Positions 40,153 to 51,955 of a stretch of DNA of 64,000 nucleotides are shown here, one piece after another (position 1 is the stretch's first letter; every line of letters starts with the position of its first letter). This DNA is from Candidatus Latescibacterota bacterium. GTDB taxonomy: Bacteria > Latescibacterota > UBA2968. Both the position numbers and the translations under genes were made by a program. The notes beneath the pieces are model-generated. The model saw only the letters and a list, made by a program, of their open reading frames with translations, had not been told where the DNA came from and did not search any database. The stretch is from the NCBI GenBank assembly GCA_965205975.1, contig OZ242195.1:1664001-1728000 (forward strand). The letters run 5' to 3'.

Positions 40153-40719
40153 TTAAGCTACTGCGGCCTTGCCAGCCTTGCGCCTCACATATTCGCCGCT
40201 ATAGCGGATACCTTTCCCCTTATAGGGTTCGGGAGGCCGAATACTTCGGATGTTCGCCGCTGTGCGTCCCACGAGTTCTTTGTCGGCCCCACTGATCTTG
40301 ACCAGCGCTTGAGAGTTTTCTATCTCAGTGGGAGGGGCATCGATACTAAATTCAATTCCCTGAGGCGCTTCAACCGTCACTGTATGGCTGAACCCCACGT
40401 TGATGTCCAAATTCTTCCCTTTCATATCTGCGCGATATCCCACCCCAACAACTACCAGTTGCTTCTCAAAACCAGCCGAAACACCCTGAACAGCATTTGC
40501 CAATAAGGCACGCGTGAGACCCCAAATAGATTTGTGATGTCGGTCTTCGGGATCTTGTACCGTAACGGAAAGGGATTCGCCCTCTTGCACGACCTGAGTG
40601 AGCGGATGTAAAGGTACCTGTAAAGTCCCTTTAGGCCCTTTTATTTCTGCCTGTGTGTCCCCTAATTGCACATTGACGCTACCTGGAACGTCAATCGGCT
40701 GTTGACCTATTCTCGACAC
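40153..40719 (-). CDS. rplF: 50S ribosomal protein L6
   Basis: SRIG, PEPYKGKGIRY; GTG start. Confidence 0.96.
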   Translation of the reverse strand: MSRIGQQPIDVPGSVNVQLGDTQAEIKGPKGTLQVPLHPLTQVVQEGESLSVTVQDPEDRHHKSIWGLTRALLANAVQGVSAGFEKQLVVVGVGYRADMKGKNLDINVGFSHTVTVEAPQGIEFSIDAPPTEIENSQALVKISGADKELVGRTAANIRSIRPPEPYKGKGIRYSGEYVRRKAGKAAVA

Positions 40720-40739
40720 GATGCACTCCTTCCAGACCT

Positions 40740-41135
40740 CTACCAAACACTGCAAATAACTTCACCACCAACACCTTCTCGACGCGCAGTACGATCAGTC
40801 AAAACACCTCTTGATGTCGATAAAATAGCGACACCTAATCCATTGAGTATTCGAGGAATTTCGTCTTTGCCCACATATTTCCGCAAACCGGGGCGACTTT
40901 CGCGCTTCACTCCTTGAATCGCGCTTTCCTCGTCGTGACTGTATTTGAGATAAAGGCGTAAATAACCCTGTCGGTTGTCATCAATATACGCATAATTGTG
41001 AACAAAACCGCTTTCTTTTAAAATACGGGCAATTTCGCGCTTCATCCTGGAACTCGGAATATCCACCTTGCGATGTCCAGCGCGACATGCATTTCGCACA
41101 CGCGTCAACATATCGGCTATCGGATCCGTCATCAT
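40740..41135 (-). CDS. rpsH: 30S ribosomal protein S8
   Basis: DPIADMLTR, SRPGLR, GGEVICSVW. Confidence 0.96.
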   Translation of the reverse strand: MMTDPIADMLTRVRNACRAGHRKVDIPSSRMKREIARILKESGFVHNYAYIDDNRQGYLRLYLKYSHDEESAIQGVKRESRPGLRKYVGKDEIPRILNGLGVAILSTSRGVLTDRTARREGVGGEVICSVW

Positions 41136-41152
41136 GTGTGCTTCCCCCTCAA

Positions 41153-41338
41153 TTACCAACTTGCTTTTGTCACGCCGGGAATCTCACCAGCGAGGGCCAA
41201 CTCGCGAAAACATATACGGCAAATCCCAAATTTGCGCAAATAACCACGTGGCCTGCCGCACCTGTGACATCGGTTATAGCGTCGGACCGCAAATTTCTGC
41301 TTGCGCTTTGCTTTGGCAATCATAGACTTTTTAGCCAT
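41153..41338 (-). CDS. rpsN: 30S ribosomal protein S14 (zinc-binding type Z)
   Basis: RCHRCGR...CRICFRE. Confidence 0.96.
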   Translation of the reverse strand: MAKKSMIAKAKRKQKFAVRRYNRCHRCGRPRGYLRKFGICRICFRELALAGEIPGVTKASW

Positions 41339-41369
41339 ATTGGATCTGACCTCGTGTTAATTTTTTTAT

Positions 41370-41918
41370 TTAATCTTGATTTTGAAACGGCATGCCCATT
41401 TCGTTAAGCAGTTCAAAAGCCTCTTCATCGGTAGAGGCCGTGGTGACCAGAGTCACATCAAGGCCCCGAATTTTATCGATCTGATCGTAGTCAATTTCGG
41501 GAAAAATAATCTGTTCTTGAATACCGATCGTATAGTTGCCTCGCCCATCAAATGAGCGCATTGAAAGGCCGCGAAAGTCGCGAATACGCGGCACAGAAAA
41601 ATTAAAAAACCGGTCGAGAAATTCGTACATACGAGATCTGCGAAGGGTGACAGCACAGCCAATGGGTACACCCTGTCGCAACTTAAAATTTGAAACGGCT
41701 TTTCTCGCCCTGCGAATGGAGGGGCGCTGTCCTGCAATGCGGGTCAAATCCTCAACAGCATTTTCGATGACCCTGGCATTGAGGACGGCTTCACCAACGC
41801 CCATATTTAAAACAACCTTTTCTAATTTGGGCACCTGCATGCGATTTTTATACCCAAACCGCTGGATGAGCTCAGGTACAACTTCATTTTCGTAGTATTC
41901 TTGTAATCGGGTTGCCAT
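41370..41918 (-). CDS. rplE: 50S ribosomal protein L5
   Basis: [20 protein letters not shown]. Confidence 0.97.
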   Translation of the reverse strand: MATRLQEYYENEVVPELIQRFGYKNRMQVPKLEKVVLNMGVGEAVLNARVIENAVEDLTRIAGQRPSIRRARKAVSNFKLRQGVPIGCAVTLRRSRMYEFLDRFFNFSVPRIRDFRGLSMRSFDGRGNYTIGIQEQIIFPEIDYDQIDKIRGLDVTLVTTASTDEEAFELLNEMGMPFQNQD

Positions 41919-41928
41919 GTCGTCCTCG

Positions 41929-42249
41929 TTATTCAACTTCGGGAATTTGCTCATCACTTTTTTTTGCAATGCGCACACGCGCTCCGTCTTCAAGGCGTTG
42001 AATGCGAATCCTGGTCCGCTCATCGGTTTGCGGATCGACGATCATGAGATTGGACACATGCAAGGGCGCTTCCTTTTCCACAATGCCGCCTTGCTGATTA
42101 TTGGGATTGGGTCGCGTATGGCGCTTGACATTGTTGATCCCTTCCACCAACACGCGTTTTTTCTTTGGCCATACATTCAAAACGCGCCCGCGTTGACCAG
42201 TATAAACACCGCTTATCACCTCAACTTGATCACCCTTGCGAATCCTCAT
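41929..42249 (-). CDS. rplX: 50S ribosomal protein L24
   Basis: [16 protein letters not shown]. Confidence 0.96.
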   Translation of the reverse strand: MRIRKGDQVEVISGVYTGQRGRVLNVWPKKKRVLVEGINNVKRHTRPNPNNQQGGIVEKEAPLHVSNLMIVDPQTDERTRIRIQRLEDGARVRIAKKSDEQIPEVE

Positions 42250-42272
42250 CTCAACACACTTGCCTTTCTTTT

Positions 42273-42641
42273 TTAAATCACTTCGGGCGCCAAAGATACA
42301 ATGCGCATAAATCGCCTCTCGCGCAACTCGCGAGCGACAGGTCCAAATATGCGCGTCCCTCGAAGTTCGCCTTCCTCGCTAATCAAAACAGCGGCGTTGT
42401 CATCAAATCGAATATAGGACCCATCTGCCCTTCGCGTCTCTTTCTTTGTGCGGACGATCACGGCACGAGTAACATCACCGCGCTTTACACCGCTGTTTGG
42501 CTGTGCATCTTTAACTGAAACCACAACGGTATCACCGAGTTTGGCATACTTGCGTTTGGTGCCTCCTAAAATGCGAAAACACATCACCTTTCGGGCACCT
42601 GTATTATCCGCGCAATTTAATACCGAATATTCCTGGACCAT
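42273..42641 (-). CDS. rplN: 50S ribosomal protein L14
   Basis: [20 protein letters not shown]. Confidence 0.97.
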   Translation of the reverse strand: MVQEYSVLNCADNTGARKVMCFRILGGTKRKYAKLGDTVVVSVKDAQPNSGVKRGDVTRAVIVRTKKETRRADGSYIRFDDNAAVLISEEGELRGTRIFGPVARELRERRFMRIVSLAPEVI

Positions 42642-42652
42642 GTTTTCTCCGT

Positions 42653-42913
42653 CTAATGCGCCTTTTTGATAATTTCCACCAACCGCCAGCGTTTGGTCTT
42701 ACTCAAAGGCCGCGTTTCAACAACCATCACTTCATCACCTGTTCTGGCTTCATTGCTCTCATCATGTACTGCCAATTTTGAACGTCTTTGCATAACTTTT
42801 CCATAAAGGGGGTGTGGCACCTGCCGCCGTACCTCAACGACAATTGTTTTATTAGATTTGTCGCTGACTACCAACCCTACACGTGTTTTGCGATGCCTAC
42901 GAGTTTCCACCAT
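42653..42913 (-). CDS. rpsQ: 30S ribosomal protein S17
   Basis: [17 protein letters not shown]. Confidence 0.96.
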   Translation of the reverse strand: MVETRRHRKTRVGLVVSDKSNKTIVVEVRRQVPHPLYGKVMQRRSKLAVHDESNEARTGDEVMVVETRPLSKTKRWRLVEIIKKAH

Positions 42914-42933
42914 ACAGCGATTCTCCTTAAAAA

Positions 42934-43146
42934 TTACGCATTGGGAAGTTCGCGAATACCCAACTCGTGTTCGCGCAACACGGTTTTTAGCCGAGCGAGA
43001 TCCCTACAAGCATCTCGAAACGCAATTGGATTATCGAGCTGACGCGTAGCCAACTGAATGCGAAGATTTACAAGTTCATCTTCCTGTTCAGCAATTCTTT
43101 CCCTTACATCGCTTGCGGTTAGATCTCGAATTTCATTCGGTTTCAT
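42934..43146 (-). CDS. rpmC: 50S ribosomal protein L29
   Basis: Position in S10 operon; LDNP...ARLKT. Confidence 0.93.
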   Translation of the reverse strand: MKPNEIRDLTASDVRERIAEQEDELVNLRIQLATRQLDNPIAFRDACRDLARLKTVLREHELGIRELPNA

Positions 43147-43562
43147 TCGTCGTGCCCCCCGCGTTCTACAAAGCGGACTTTAATGGGCAATTTCTGGCCG
43201 GCCAATTTGATTGCGCGTTGCGCGCTTTCGCGTGGCACGCCCTCAATTTCAAACATGATCCGCCCGGGTTTGATGACTGCTACCCAGTATTCGGGATTGC
43301 CTTTGCCTTTTCCCATACGGGTCTCTGCTGGCTTAACCGTAAGGGGTTTATCTGGAAAAACGCGAATCCAAATTTTCCCACCGCGTTTCAATGATTTGGA
43401 AATTGCCACGCGGGCAGCTTCGATCTGTCTGTTGGTAATCCATCCCGGCTCAAGGGCCTGCAAACCGTATTCGCCAAAAGAAATATTAGCCCCTCGAGAG
43501 GACATACCTTTGCGACGGCCCCTCTGCTGCTTTCTCCATTTGACCCGTTTTGGCATTAACAT
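43143..43562 (-). CDS. rplP: 50S ribosomal protein L16
   Basis: [18 protein letters not shown]. Confidence 0.97.
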   Translation of the reverse strand: MLMPKRVKWRKQQRGRRKGMSSRGANISFGEYGLQALEPGWITNRQIEAARVAISKSLKRGGKIWIRVFPDKPLTVKPAETRMGKGKGNPEYWVAVIKPGRIMFEIEGVPRESAQRAIKLAGQKLPIKVRFVERGGHDE

Positions 43563-43584
43563 AATAGCGCTCCTATCCCTACGC

Positions 43585-44235
43585 TTAAGTTGCCAGATGG
43601 GCGTCCTGGCCCATTTTTTCCCCGTGACAGATCCAAACTTTTACCCCTACAGTACCCGAGGTTGTATAAGCAGTAGATCTGGCATAGTCTATGTCAGCGC
43701 GAAGTGTATGGAGTGGAACACGCCCTGCAGGCTCTGATTTTTCAACGCGAGACATTTCCGCTCCACCAAGACGGCCTCCACACACAACTTTAATCCCTTC
43801 AGCCCCCATGCGTACCGCCGAAGCAACGGCTTTTTTCATTGCACGGCGAAATGAGACGCGTTGCTCAAGTTGTCGGGAGATGTTATCGGCGACGAGTTGG
43901 GCGTTGAGTTCCGGTCGCTTAATTTCGTTAATGTTGATATAAATTTCTTTACCTGTCAGATGCTTTAACTCATCTCGCAATTTATCGACCTCTGCACCTT
44001 TACGCCCAATTACAATCCCAGGACGAGCAGTGTGAATCGAAATTGTCACCCGCTTAGGCGCACGCTCAATGTCTATTTGTGCGACGCTTGCTCGCTGCAG
44101 ACGGCTGGTAATATATCGTCTGAGCATGAGGTCTTCTTGAAGCAGGCTGGCAAAATCGCGATTGGCAAACCAGCGCGAGCGCCAATCTTTGACAATCCCT
44201 AACCTCACTCCGATTGGATGCGTTTTCTGGCCCAA
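43585..44235 (-). CDS. rpsC: 30S ribosomal protein S3
   Basis: [20 protein letters not shown]. Confidence 0.97.
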   Translation of the reverse strand: MGQKTHPIGVRLGIVKDWRSRWFANRDFASLLQEDLMLRRYITSRLQRASVAQIDIERAPKRVTISIHTARPGIVIGRKGAEVDKLRDELKHLTGKEIYININEIKRPELNAQLVADNISRQLEQRVSFRRAMKKAVASAVRMGAEGIKVVCGGRLGGAEMSRVEKSEPAGRVPLHTLRADIDYARSTAYTTSGTVGVKVWICHGEKMGQDAHLAT

Positions 44236-44244
44236 AGTGATCTC

Positions 44245-44586
44245 CTATTCCTCATCTGAAACAACCAGCGTTATGTGGCTATATCGCTTGCGAATCATGC
44301 CAGCAGCACCACGTGGCTGAGGACGCAACCGCTTTAAAGCGATACCGCCATCAACAAATGCTTCTTTCACAAAGAGCGCTTCTTCAGCCGCGGATTCTTC
44401 TTCGCGGTTGATCGCATTTGCAACCGCGGATTGCAAGGTGCGCTCTACAATACGCGCGGCCTTCTTAGGTGTAAATTGAAGGATGTGGAAAGCTTCTTCC
44501 ACATCTTTACCCCGCACGAGATCAACCACCTGTCGTACCTTGCGCGGTGAAATTCTTGAATAGCGCAATACCGCCCGAGCTTCCAT
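44245..44586 (-). CDS. rplV: 50S ribosomal protein L22
   Basis: SPRKVR, SAVANA, SHITLVV. Confidence 0.96.
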   Translation of the reverse strand: MEARAVLRYSRISPRKVRQVVDLVRGKDVEEAFHILQFTPKKAARIVERTLQSAVANAINREEESAAEEALFVKEAFVDGGIALKRLRPQPRGAAGMIRKRYSHITLVVSDEE

Positions 44587-44608
44587 TTAAAATTCCCGTC
44601 TCAAAATA

Positions 44609-44899
44609 TCACTGTAAAGAAGTGGCGCGTTCAGTAGATCGTCCCGCACGCGCGCCCCGATGCGTGCGCGTGGGGGCAAATTCACCGAGTTTGTGTCCCA
44701 CCATGTTTTCTGTAATATAAACGGGGATAAATTTATTTCCATTGTGTACAGCCAGTGTATGGCCAACAAATTCTGGCGCGATTGTCGATCGTCTCGCCCA
44801 TGTCTGAATAACCCGCTTATTACCAGCTTTATTCATCTGCTCGATCTTTTTTATGAGACTCGGCTCAATAAAAGGCCCTTTTTTAATTGACCGTGCCAT
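44609..44899 (-). CDS. rpsS: 30S ribosomal protein S19
   Basis: [19 protein letters not shown]. Confidence 0.97.
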   Translation of the reverse strand: MARSIKKGPFIEPSLIKKIEQMNKAGNKRVIQTWARRSTIAPEFVGHTLAVHNGNKFIPVYITENMVGHKLGEFAPTRTHRGARAGRSTERATSLQ

Positions 44900-44915
44900 A
44901 AAATAATACTCCTGA

Positions 44916-45740
44916 TTACTTGCGCCGCTGAATGATCATTTGGTCAGATTTGTTTTTCTTTTTGCGCGTTTTATATCCTTTTGTGGGTTGCCCCCAAGGC
45001 GTCACCGGATGCCTGCCGCCTGTTGCCCGACCTTCTCCACCACCGTGAGGATGATCAATTGGGTTCATAGCAACACCACGCACTTTTGGACGTTTGCCCA
45101 ACCAGCGAGTCCGTCCCGCTTTTCCGACAACGACATTTTCATGCTCTAAATTGCCGACCTGCCCAATGGTCGCGTAACACGATATCAAGACCTGCCGACG
45201 CTCGCCAGAAGGCAGACGAAGAGTTGCAAAATTGCCTTCTTTAGCCATCACCTGAATTTCAGCACCTGCTGAGCGACCAATTTGTCCGCCTTTTCCTGGC
45301 TTGAGTTCTACATTGTGCACATTGCTACCCAAAGGAATATTCGCCAGGGGAAGCGCGTTGCCGGGGCGAATCTCTGCATCTGCACCAGATGCGACCTCAT
45401 CGCCAACACTTAAGCCAATTGGTGCCAAAATATAGCGTTTTTCACCATCGACATAATGCAAAAGTGCAATGCGTGCCGATCGATTTGGATCGTACTCAAT
45501 GCTATGCACAATTGCAGGCACACCGACTTTATCGCGCTTGAAATCAATTCGGCGATACTGGCGCCGATGCCCACCACCGCGACGACGGCTCGTGATACGC
45601 CCCCGATTATTGCGTCCCCCAGATTTTTTATTGGGTTCAACAAGTGATTTCTCAGGTGTATTTTTGGTAATTTCTTCAAAAGAAGAGACTGTCTTAAATC
45701 GCAACGAAGGCGTTAATGGGCGAAACTTTTTGACCGGCAT
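44916..45740 (-). CDS. rplB: 50S ribosomal protein L2
   Basis: [23 protein letters not shown]. Confidence 0.98.
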   Translation of the reverse strand: MPVKKFRPLTPSLRFKTVSSFEEITKNTPEKSLVEPNKKSGGRNNRGRITSRRRGGGHRRQYRRIDFKRDKVGVPAIVHSIEYDPNRSARIALLHYVDGEKRYILAPIGLSVGDEVASGADAEIRPGNALPLANIPLGSNVHNVELKPGKGGQIGRSAGAEIQVMAKEGNFATLRLPSGERRQVLISCYATIGQVGNLEHENVVVGKAGRTRWLGKRPKVRGVAMNPIDHPHGGGEGRATGGRHPVTPWGQPTKGYKTRKKKNKSDQMIIQRRK

Positions 45741-45745
45741 GAGAT

Positions 45746-46033
45746 TTATCCTTCAAAGAAGTCGATGCTGTATCCATCGGCAAGGGTGACAACGGCCTTT
45801 TTCCAGTTGGAACGACGGCCCTGAAACCGTCCAAGTCGTTTGATCTTACCGTGCACTGTGCTCGTATTGACCTTTACGACCTCGACCTCAAACATAGCTT
45901 CAACCGCACGCTGAATATCGACTTTGTTTGCACCGCGGAGAACTTCAAATACATATTTATTCTGGCTTTCTTGCAAATTAGAAGCCCGCTCTGTAATAAC
46001 GGGACGCCGAATAATCTGCATAGAATTTTTCAC
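45746..46033 (-). CDS. rplW: 50S ribosomal protein L23
   Basis: [16 protein letters not shown] start overlapping the rplD stop. Confidence 0.95.
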   Translation of the reverse strand: MKNSMQIIRRPVITERASNLQESQNKYVFEVLRGANKVDIQRAVEAMFEVEVVKVNTSTVHGKIKRLGRFQGRRSNWKKAVVTLADGYSIDFFEG

Positions 46034-46662
46034 GAGGCCCCCCACAGAGTACGAATGCGAGAAACTGCACCGCAAGTGAGAACCAGAACATCGGCATTGA
46101 CCACATCATAAGTGGAAACTTGCGAAACAGGTAATACGGAAAGTCTGGGGATATTCCGACAAGATTTGACGATATTTTCAGCAACATCATCTGTCAAGAG
46201 CAATATCTTTTGTCCCTGAATTTCAAATATTTGTGTCATTTGTGCCATTCGCTTTGTTTTGGGCTCCTCAAGCTCAAAATCTTCCAGAACAGATATAGCT
46301 TTGCCGAGTGCTTTTTGCGAAAATGCCGAGCGTATAGCCAATTTTTTGACTTTCCTGGGCACCCGTTCCCGAAAATATCTCGGTCTGGGGCCATGGGCTA
46401 CCCCACCGCCGATCAGAATAGGCGACCCAGCCGTTCCCTTACGGGCACGACCAGTACCTTTTTGTCGGTACATCTTACGTTTTGTCCGATTGACTTCTGA
46501 GCGGGTTTTGGTCGAGGCATTGCCTTGCCGCTGATTGGTCAAATACGCTTTAACAACATAATAGATTGCGTCAGCCGATGGTTCAATTCCAAAAACTGTT
46601 TCGGGTAGCTCCATCGAGCCAACTTCTTCACCTTCAAGATTGCAAACATCAACAGATGCCAT
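46030..46662 (-). CDS. rplD: 50S ribosomal protein L4
   Basis: RQGNASTKTRSEV, QKGTGRAR. Confidence 0.97.
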   Translation of the reverse strand: MASVDVCNLEGEEVGSMELPETVFGIEPSADAIYYVVKAYLTNQRQGNASTKTRSEVNRTKRKMYRQKGTGRARKGTAGSPILIGGGVAHGPRPRYFRERVPRKVKKLAIRSAFSQKALGKAISVLEDFELEEPKTKRMAQMTQIFEIQGQKILLLTDDVAENIVKSCRNIPRLSVLPVSQVSTYDVVNADVLVLTCGAVSRIRTLWGAS

Positions 46663-46679
46663 AATAGCCTTACCTCAAA

Positions 46680-47303
46680 TCAGCTGCGTTTCTCAATAAC
46701 AACCTTAGCTCCCTTACCGCCTGGCACGGCACCTTTTAAGAGGAGCAAATTTTGATCGGTATCTACACTCACGACCTTTAAGCCCCGAACAGTTACCCGC
46801 TCGTCACCCATATGGCCTGCCATGCGCATCCCCTTAAACACCCGTGAAGGATTTGAGCTTTGACCTATTGAACCAGGCGCGCGATGCCGATCTGATTGTC
46901 CATGGGTTTTGGGGCCGCCTCTGAATCCGTGCCGCTTGACACCGCCCTGGAATCCACGACCTTTTGATCGGGCAGTAACATCGACTACCTCGCCTGCCTC
47001 AAACATGCTGACATTGAGTGTCTCGCCTATAGCATATTCGGAGACATCATCAACGCGAAATTCTGCAAGACCTCGATGGGGATTAACACCAGCCTTCTTG
47101 AAAACCCCCTGATCCGCGCGGTTTAGCCGATTGGACCGAATCTCATCATACCCAATTCTCAAAGCCAAATACCCATCCGATTCCCTATTTTTAATCTGAA
47201 CAATAGGGCACGGAACAACTTCGAAAACTGTGACAGGCACCAGCATTTCTGCGTCATCAAATGCCTGAGTCATACCGATTTTTTTTCCAATCAATCCCAG
47301 CAC
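46680..47303 (-). CDS. rplC: 50S ribosomal protein L3
   Basis: GKKIGMTQ, KGRGFQG, HRAPGSIG. Confidence 0.97.
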   Translation of the reverse strand: MLGLIGKKIGMTQAFDDAEMLVPVTVFEVVPCPIVQIKNRESDGYLALRIGYDEIRSNRLNRADQGVFKKAGVNPHRGLAEFRVDDVSEYAIGETLNVSMFEAGEVVDVTARSKGRGFQGGVKRHGFRGGPKTHGQSDRHRAPGSIGQSSNPSRVFKGMRMAGHMGDERVTVRGLKVVSVDTDQNLLLLKGAVPGGKGAKVVIEKRS

Positions 47304-47305
47304 GA

Positions 47306-47614
47306 TTACACCTTGATTTCAATATCGATACCCGCAGGTAGATCCAGTTTCATCAGGGCATCTACCGTTTGGGGTGTTGAGTTGTGAATGTCGATAAGGC
47401 GCTTGTGTACGCGCATTTCAAACTGCTCACGCGCTTTTTTATCGACATGTGGAGATCGCAATACCGTATAGAGCGAACGCCTCGTCGGCAGTGGAATGGG
47501 GCCCGATATAAGCGCCCCAGTCCGTTTTGCTGTCCGAACAATTTCTTCAGCGGAACGATCCAGTGCATTGTGGTTGTATGCTTTTAGTCTAATTCTAATT
47601 TTTTGTGCAGGCAC
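47306..47614 (-). CDS. rpsJ: 30S ribosomal protein S10
   Basis: [21 protein letters not shown]. Confidence 0.97.
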   Translation of the reverse strand: MPAQKIRIRLKAYNHNALDRSAEEIVRTAKRTGALISGPIPLPTRRSLYTVLRSPHVDKKAREQFEMRVHKRLIDIHNSTPQTVDALMKLDLPAGIDIEIKV

Positions 47615-47634
47615 AAGGCTTCCCTTTGCGGTTC

Positions 47635-48828
47635 TTATTCAACAATCTCAGTAATCACACCCGAACCAATGGTTCGACCACCTTCCCGCACGGCAAATCG
47701 CAGTTCGGTTTCCATAGCGATTGGCGTAAGCAATTCCACAGACATAGTCACATTATCGCCGGGCATCACCATTTCTACGCCTTCGGGCAACTCTACCTTG
47801 CCAGTCACATCTGTTGTGCGAAAATAGAACTGGGGTTGATAACCCGTAAAGAAAGGTTTACTCCGCCCCCCCTCTTTGTCTGTCAGCACATAAACTTCGC
47901 CTTTAAACTTTTTGTGAGGTGTCACTGAGCCTGGCTTGGCAACCACCATGCCGCGTTCAATTTCATCTTTGTCAACACCGCGAAGCAACAAACCGACATT
48001 GTCACCAGCCCTGCCCTCATCGAGCAATTTGCGGAACATTTCCACACCAGTAACTGTTGTTCTGCGACTCTCGCGAATGCCCACAATCTCAACTTCTTCA
48101 CCGACATTGACTATGCCGCGTTCTATACGCCCAGTACCTACAGTACCTCGCCCAGTAATCGTAAACACATCCTCAACCGGCATCAAAAATTCTTTGTCAA
48201 TCTCGCGCACAGGCTCTGGAATATTTTCATCTACTGCTTCCATCAGTTCCCAGATACAGGCACAATCTTCGGAATCGGGATCGTCAGACTCTAAAGCTTT
48301 AAGAGCAGATCCTTGAATCACTGGCACATCATCACCGGGAAAATCGTATTGATCCAGCAACTCGCGGACTTCCAGATCGACCAGTTCGAGCAATTCTTCA
48401 TCATCGACCATATCGACTTTATTCATAAATACCACGATAGAAGGCACATTAACCTGACGTGAAAGCAGAATATGCTCACGAGTCTGAATCATGGGACCAT
48501 CTGCAGCACTAACGACCAGAATCGCGCCATCCATCTGCGCGGCCCCCGTGATCATGTTCTTCACATAGTCAGCATGCCCGGGGCAATCTACGTGGGCATA
48601 GTGCCGGTTTTCTGTCTGGTACTCAACATGCGCCGTATTAATGGTGATTCCACGCTCTTTTTCTTCGGGTGCTTTGTCAATGTCGTCAAAGGGCATAAAA
48701 TCGGCAAGACCCTTGGCTGCCAGCGTCTTGGTAATAGCGGCAGTCAGTGTGGTTTTGCCGTGATCGACATGCCCAATTGTGCCGATGTTGACATGGGGTT
48801 TGTCCCGTTCAAATTTTTCCTTCGCCAT
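47635..48828 (-). CDS. tuf: Elongation factor Tu
   Basis: [17 protein letters not shown]. Confidence 0.99.
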   Translation of the reverse strand: MAKEKFERDKPHVNIGTIGHVDHGKTTLTAAITKTLAAKGLADFMPFDDIDKAPEEKERGITINTAHVEYQTENRHYAHVDCPGHADYVKNMITGAAQMDGAILVVSAADGPMIQTREHILLSRQVNVPSIVVFMNKVDMVDDEELLELVDLEVRELLDQYDFPGDDVPVIQGSALKALESDDPDSEDCACIWELMEAVDENIPEPVREIDKEFLMPVEDVFTITGRGTVGTGRIERGIVNVGEEVEIVGIRESRRTTVTGVEMFRKLLDEGRAGDNVGLLLRGVDKDEIERGMVVAKPGSVTPHKKFKGEVYVLTDKEGGRSKPFFTGYQPQFYFRTTDVTGKVELPEGVEMVMPGDNVTMSVELLTPIAMETELRFAVREGGRTIGSGVITEIVE

Positions 48829-48874
48829 ATTTTCCTCCTAAAAAGATCGAACGAAAGTAAAAAAACGCGTTCGC

Positions 48875-50968
48875 TTAAGTTGCAAATACATTGACTGAAG
48901 AGAGAATGTCTTCAGCGATGCTCTGCGGCATTTCCTCAAATTTGGAAAATTCCATTGAATAAATCGCGCGGCCCTGTGTAATAGACCGCAACTTTGTTGC
49001 ATAACCAAACATTTCACTCAGTGGCACAGTAGCTGATATGACCTGTGCATCGGGGCGGTTGACAATGCCTACAATATGCCCTCGACGCGCATTCAAGTCA
49101 CCCATAACATCGCCCATATAGTCTTCGGGTACAACAACTTCCACATCAAAAACAGGTTCCATAAGATAAGTTTTAGCCCTTCTGGCAGCCTCTTGAAAAG
49201 CTATTGAACCTGCAATCTTAAAGGCTATTTCAGAAGAATCAACATCGTGGTAGGAACCGTCAAACAACTCGACTTTGACGTCATCTATTGGATATCCCGC
49301 TAAGACTCCTCCTGTCATCGCTTCCTGAATTCCCGCACGTACGGCAGGAATATATTCAGACGGAATTGCACCACCTGTAATTTTGTTTTCAAAAACAAGT
49401 CCCTTACCAGACTCACCGGGTTCCAGATTGATAACAACATGACCGTATTGACCACGACCACCACTTTGGCGGACAAAGCGCCCGTGAATATTTTGAACAG
49501 CGTTACGGATGGCCTCTTTGTAAGTGACCTGTGGTTTGCCAACATTGGCCTCAACCCTGAATTCGCGTTTGAGGCGATCTACAATGATCTCCAGATGCAA
49601 TTCACCCATTCCCGAAATAATGGTCTGTCCGGTGTCGGGATCAACAACTACGTGAAAAGTCGGGTCTTCTTCGGTCAACTTGCTCAATGCGACGCCAAGC
49701 TGATCCTGATCAGCCTTGGTTTTTGGCTCAATTGCCACAGAAATTACGGGCTTGGCAAACTCCATTGCTTCCAGTATCACAGGCTCTTTTTCATCGCACA
49801 GCGTCTCTCCTGTTGCCGTGTCTTTTAGCCCAACAACGGCTGCGATATCACCCGCGAACACCGCATCAATCTCTTCCCTCTTATCTGCGTGCATTTGCAA
49901 CATACGTCCGATGCGCTCGCGTTTGCCCTTGTTGGCATTGAGAACATAAGAACCTTTATTTAGCTGACCTGAATATACGCGGAAGTAAGTCAACCGCCCA
50001 ACATAAGGATCTGTCATCACCTTAAAAGCCAAAGCCGCAAAAGGTACTTCGTCGGAAACCGGACGAGAAACCCCAATGTCGAAATTTTTGAGATCGTGTC
50101 CCACAATTTCAGGCACATCATGAGGCGAGGGCAAATATGCGACAATAGCATCTAACAAACGCTGCACACCTTTATTCTTAAAAGCCGACCCACAAAGCAC
50201 AGGCACAGCAGCACTGTTGATTACAGCCTGACGCAAAGCAGATCTAATCTCATCTTCGCTGATATCTTCACCTTCGAGAAATTTTTCCATCAAGGTATCG
50301 TCAAAATCTGATACAGCTTCCAGCAATTGCTCGCGGCCTTCATAGGCGCGTTCTGCCAGATCGTTTGGAATACTACCTTCCGTAAACTTGGTGCCTAAAG
50401 AATCATCCTCGTATGTCACGAGTTTCATCCTGATCAAATCAATCAAGCCCGTAAACATCTCCCCAGCCCCCACAGGCAACTGAACGGGAACAAAATTGGA
50501 CGCCAACCTTTCACGCATCATTTCTACTACGCGGTCAAAATCGGCACCCGTGCGATCCATTTTGTTGATAAATGCAATCCGAGGGACGGAATATTTATCA
50601 GCCTGACGCCAAACAGTTTCCGATTGGGGTTCAACACCTCCAACCGCGCAAAACAGCCCTACAGCACCATCTAAAACGCGCAATGACCGTTCGACTTCGG
50701 CAGTAAAATCAACATGCCCCGGCGTATCGATAATATTGATGCGATGGTCATCCCAAAAACACGTCGTAGCCGCCGACGTAATGGTAATGCCACGCTCGCG
50801 CTCTTGAGCCATCCAGTCCATGGTGGCTGCACCATCGTGCACCTCACCCATTCTGCGCAAAATGCCCGTATAATAGAGAATGCGCTCAGTTGTGGTGGTT
50901 TTGCCTGCGTCGATATGCGCCATAATTCCGATATTTCGGGTGCGCTCTAAGTCGTATTTTTTTGCCAT
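48875..50968 (-). CDS. fusA: Elongation factor G
   Basis: [25 protein letters not shown]; start 50968 or 50977. Confidence 0.99.
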   Translation of the reverse strand: MAKKYDLERTRNIGIMAHIDAGKTTTTERILYYTGILRRMGEVHDGAATMDWMAQERERGITITSAATTCFWDDHRINIIDTPGHVDFTAEVERSLRVLDGAVGLFCAVGGVEPQSETVWRQADKYSVPRIAFINKMDRTGADFDRVVEMMRERLASNFVPVQLPVGAGEMFTGLIDLIRMKLVTYEDDSLGTKFTEGSIPNDLAERAYEGREQLLEAVSDFDDTLMEKFLEGEDISEDEIRSALRQAVINSAAVPVLCGSAFKNKGVQRLLDAIVAYLPSPHDVPEIVGHDLKNFDIGVSRPVSDEVPFAALAFKVMTDPYVGRLTYFRVYSGQLNKGSYVLNANKGKRERIGRMLQMHADKREEIDAVFAGDIAAVVGLKDTATGETLCDEKEPVILEAMEFAKPVISVAIEPKTKADQDQLGVALSKLTEEDPTFHVVVDPDTGQTIISGMGELHLEIIVDRLKREFRVEANVGKPQVTYKEAIRNAVQNIHGRFVRQSGGRGQYGHVVINLEPGESGKGLVFENKITGGAIPSEYIPAVRAGIQEAMTGGVLAGYPIDDVKVELFDGSYHDVDSSEIAFKIAGSIAFQEAARRAKTYLMEPVFDVEVVVPEDYMGDVMGDLNARRGHIVGIVNRPDAQVISATVPLSEMFGYATKLRSITQGRAIYSMEFSKFEEMPQSIAEDILSSVNVFAT

Positions 50969-50977
50969 CTTATTCAC

Positions 50978-51445
50978 TTACCAGCGATAATGCGCAAATG
51001 CGCGATTAGCTTCTGCCATGCGATGCGTTTCTTCTCGTCGCTGCATTGCACGTCCTTGTCCGTTTGCTGCATCCATAAATTCACCGGCCAAACGCTGAGC
51101 CATCGTCTTTTCGCTCCGTTCTCTAGCAAATAAAATCAACCAGCGAATAGACAGCGCAAGACGTTCATCGGGACGGACTTCTTCTGGCACTTGGTAAGTC
51201 GCACCACCGACGCGGCGCGACCTCACCTTGACAACCGGTTTGACATTGTCAAGTGCTTTTTCAAAAGTCTCTAAACCGGAATTTCCACTTCGCGCTTCAA
51301 CCAGATCAAGCGCTTCGTAAAAAATTCGTTCCCCGACACTCTTTTTACCCTTGCGAAACAAGCAGTTGACAAAACGCGTCACCAACAGACTGCTGTATTT
51401 GGGATCTGAAGCCAGATGTCGTTTTTCCGCTCGCCGTTTTCGCAT
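50978..51445 (-). CDS. rpsG: 30S ribosomal protein S7
   Basis: [24 protein letters not shown]. Confidence 0.97.
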   Translation of the reverse strand: MRKRRAEKRHLASDPKYSSLLVTRFVNCLFRKGKKSVGERIFYEALDLVEARSGNSGLETFEKALDNVKPVVKVRSRRVGGATYQVPEEVRPDERLALSIRWLILFARERSEKTMAQRLAGEFMDAANGQGRAMQRREETHRMAEANRAFAHYRW

Positions 51446-51529
51446 ATCGGGATATACCTTCTTTACAATAAGGGGGATACACCACCAAGGTGGTATCCCC
51501 CATGTTTATCGAATAATAGGCACTTGGGA

Positions 51530-51901
51530 TTAACTCGCTTTTTTTGTGCCGTATTTGGAACGACCCTGTTTGCGGTCTTCCACACCAGTTGTGTCGAGTA
51601 CGCCCCGAAGAATGTGATACCTAACCGAAGGAAGATCCTTGACGCGACCACCTCGGATGAGTACCACGGAGTGCTCCATGAGATTGTGTCCTTCACCTGG
51701 AATATAGGCTGTTACTTCAAGACCATTCGTCAACCTGACACGCGCTACTTTGCGCAGAGCTGAATTGGGCTTTTTGGGCGTTGTGGTATAGACACGTGTA
51801 CAAACACCGCGTTTTTGAGGACAGGCTCTCAGAGCGGGTGCAGAAGAACGCTTGCGCTTGGCTTTCCGCCCCTTCCGAACCAGTTGATTAATTGTGGGCA
51901 A
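51530..51901 (-). CDS. rpsL: 30S ribosomal protein S12
   Basis: [20 protein letters not shown] start after GGAGG. Confidence 0.98.
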   Translation of the reverse strand: MPTINQLVRKGRKAKRKRSSAPALRACPQKRGVCTRVYTTTPKKPNSALRKVARVRLTNGLEVTAYIPGEGHNLMEHSVVLIRGGRVKDLPSVRYHILRGVLDTTGVEDRKQGRSKYGTKKAS

Positions 51902-51955
51902 CTCAACCTCCTTAATTATGGGAGACTTGTAATATACCTGGTACAATGATAGCTG

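Noticed and set aside
40310..40350. Short insertion in L6 (DAPPTEIENSQ) and the acidic L17 tail
   Set aside because: Surface-loop and tail variation is common in these proteins; no functional inference possible
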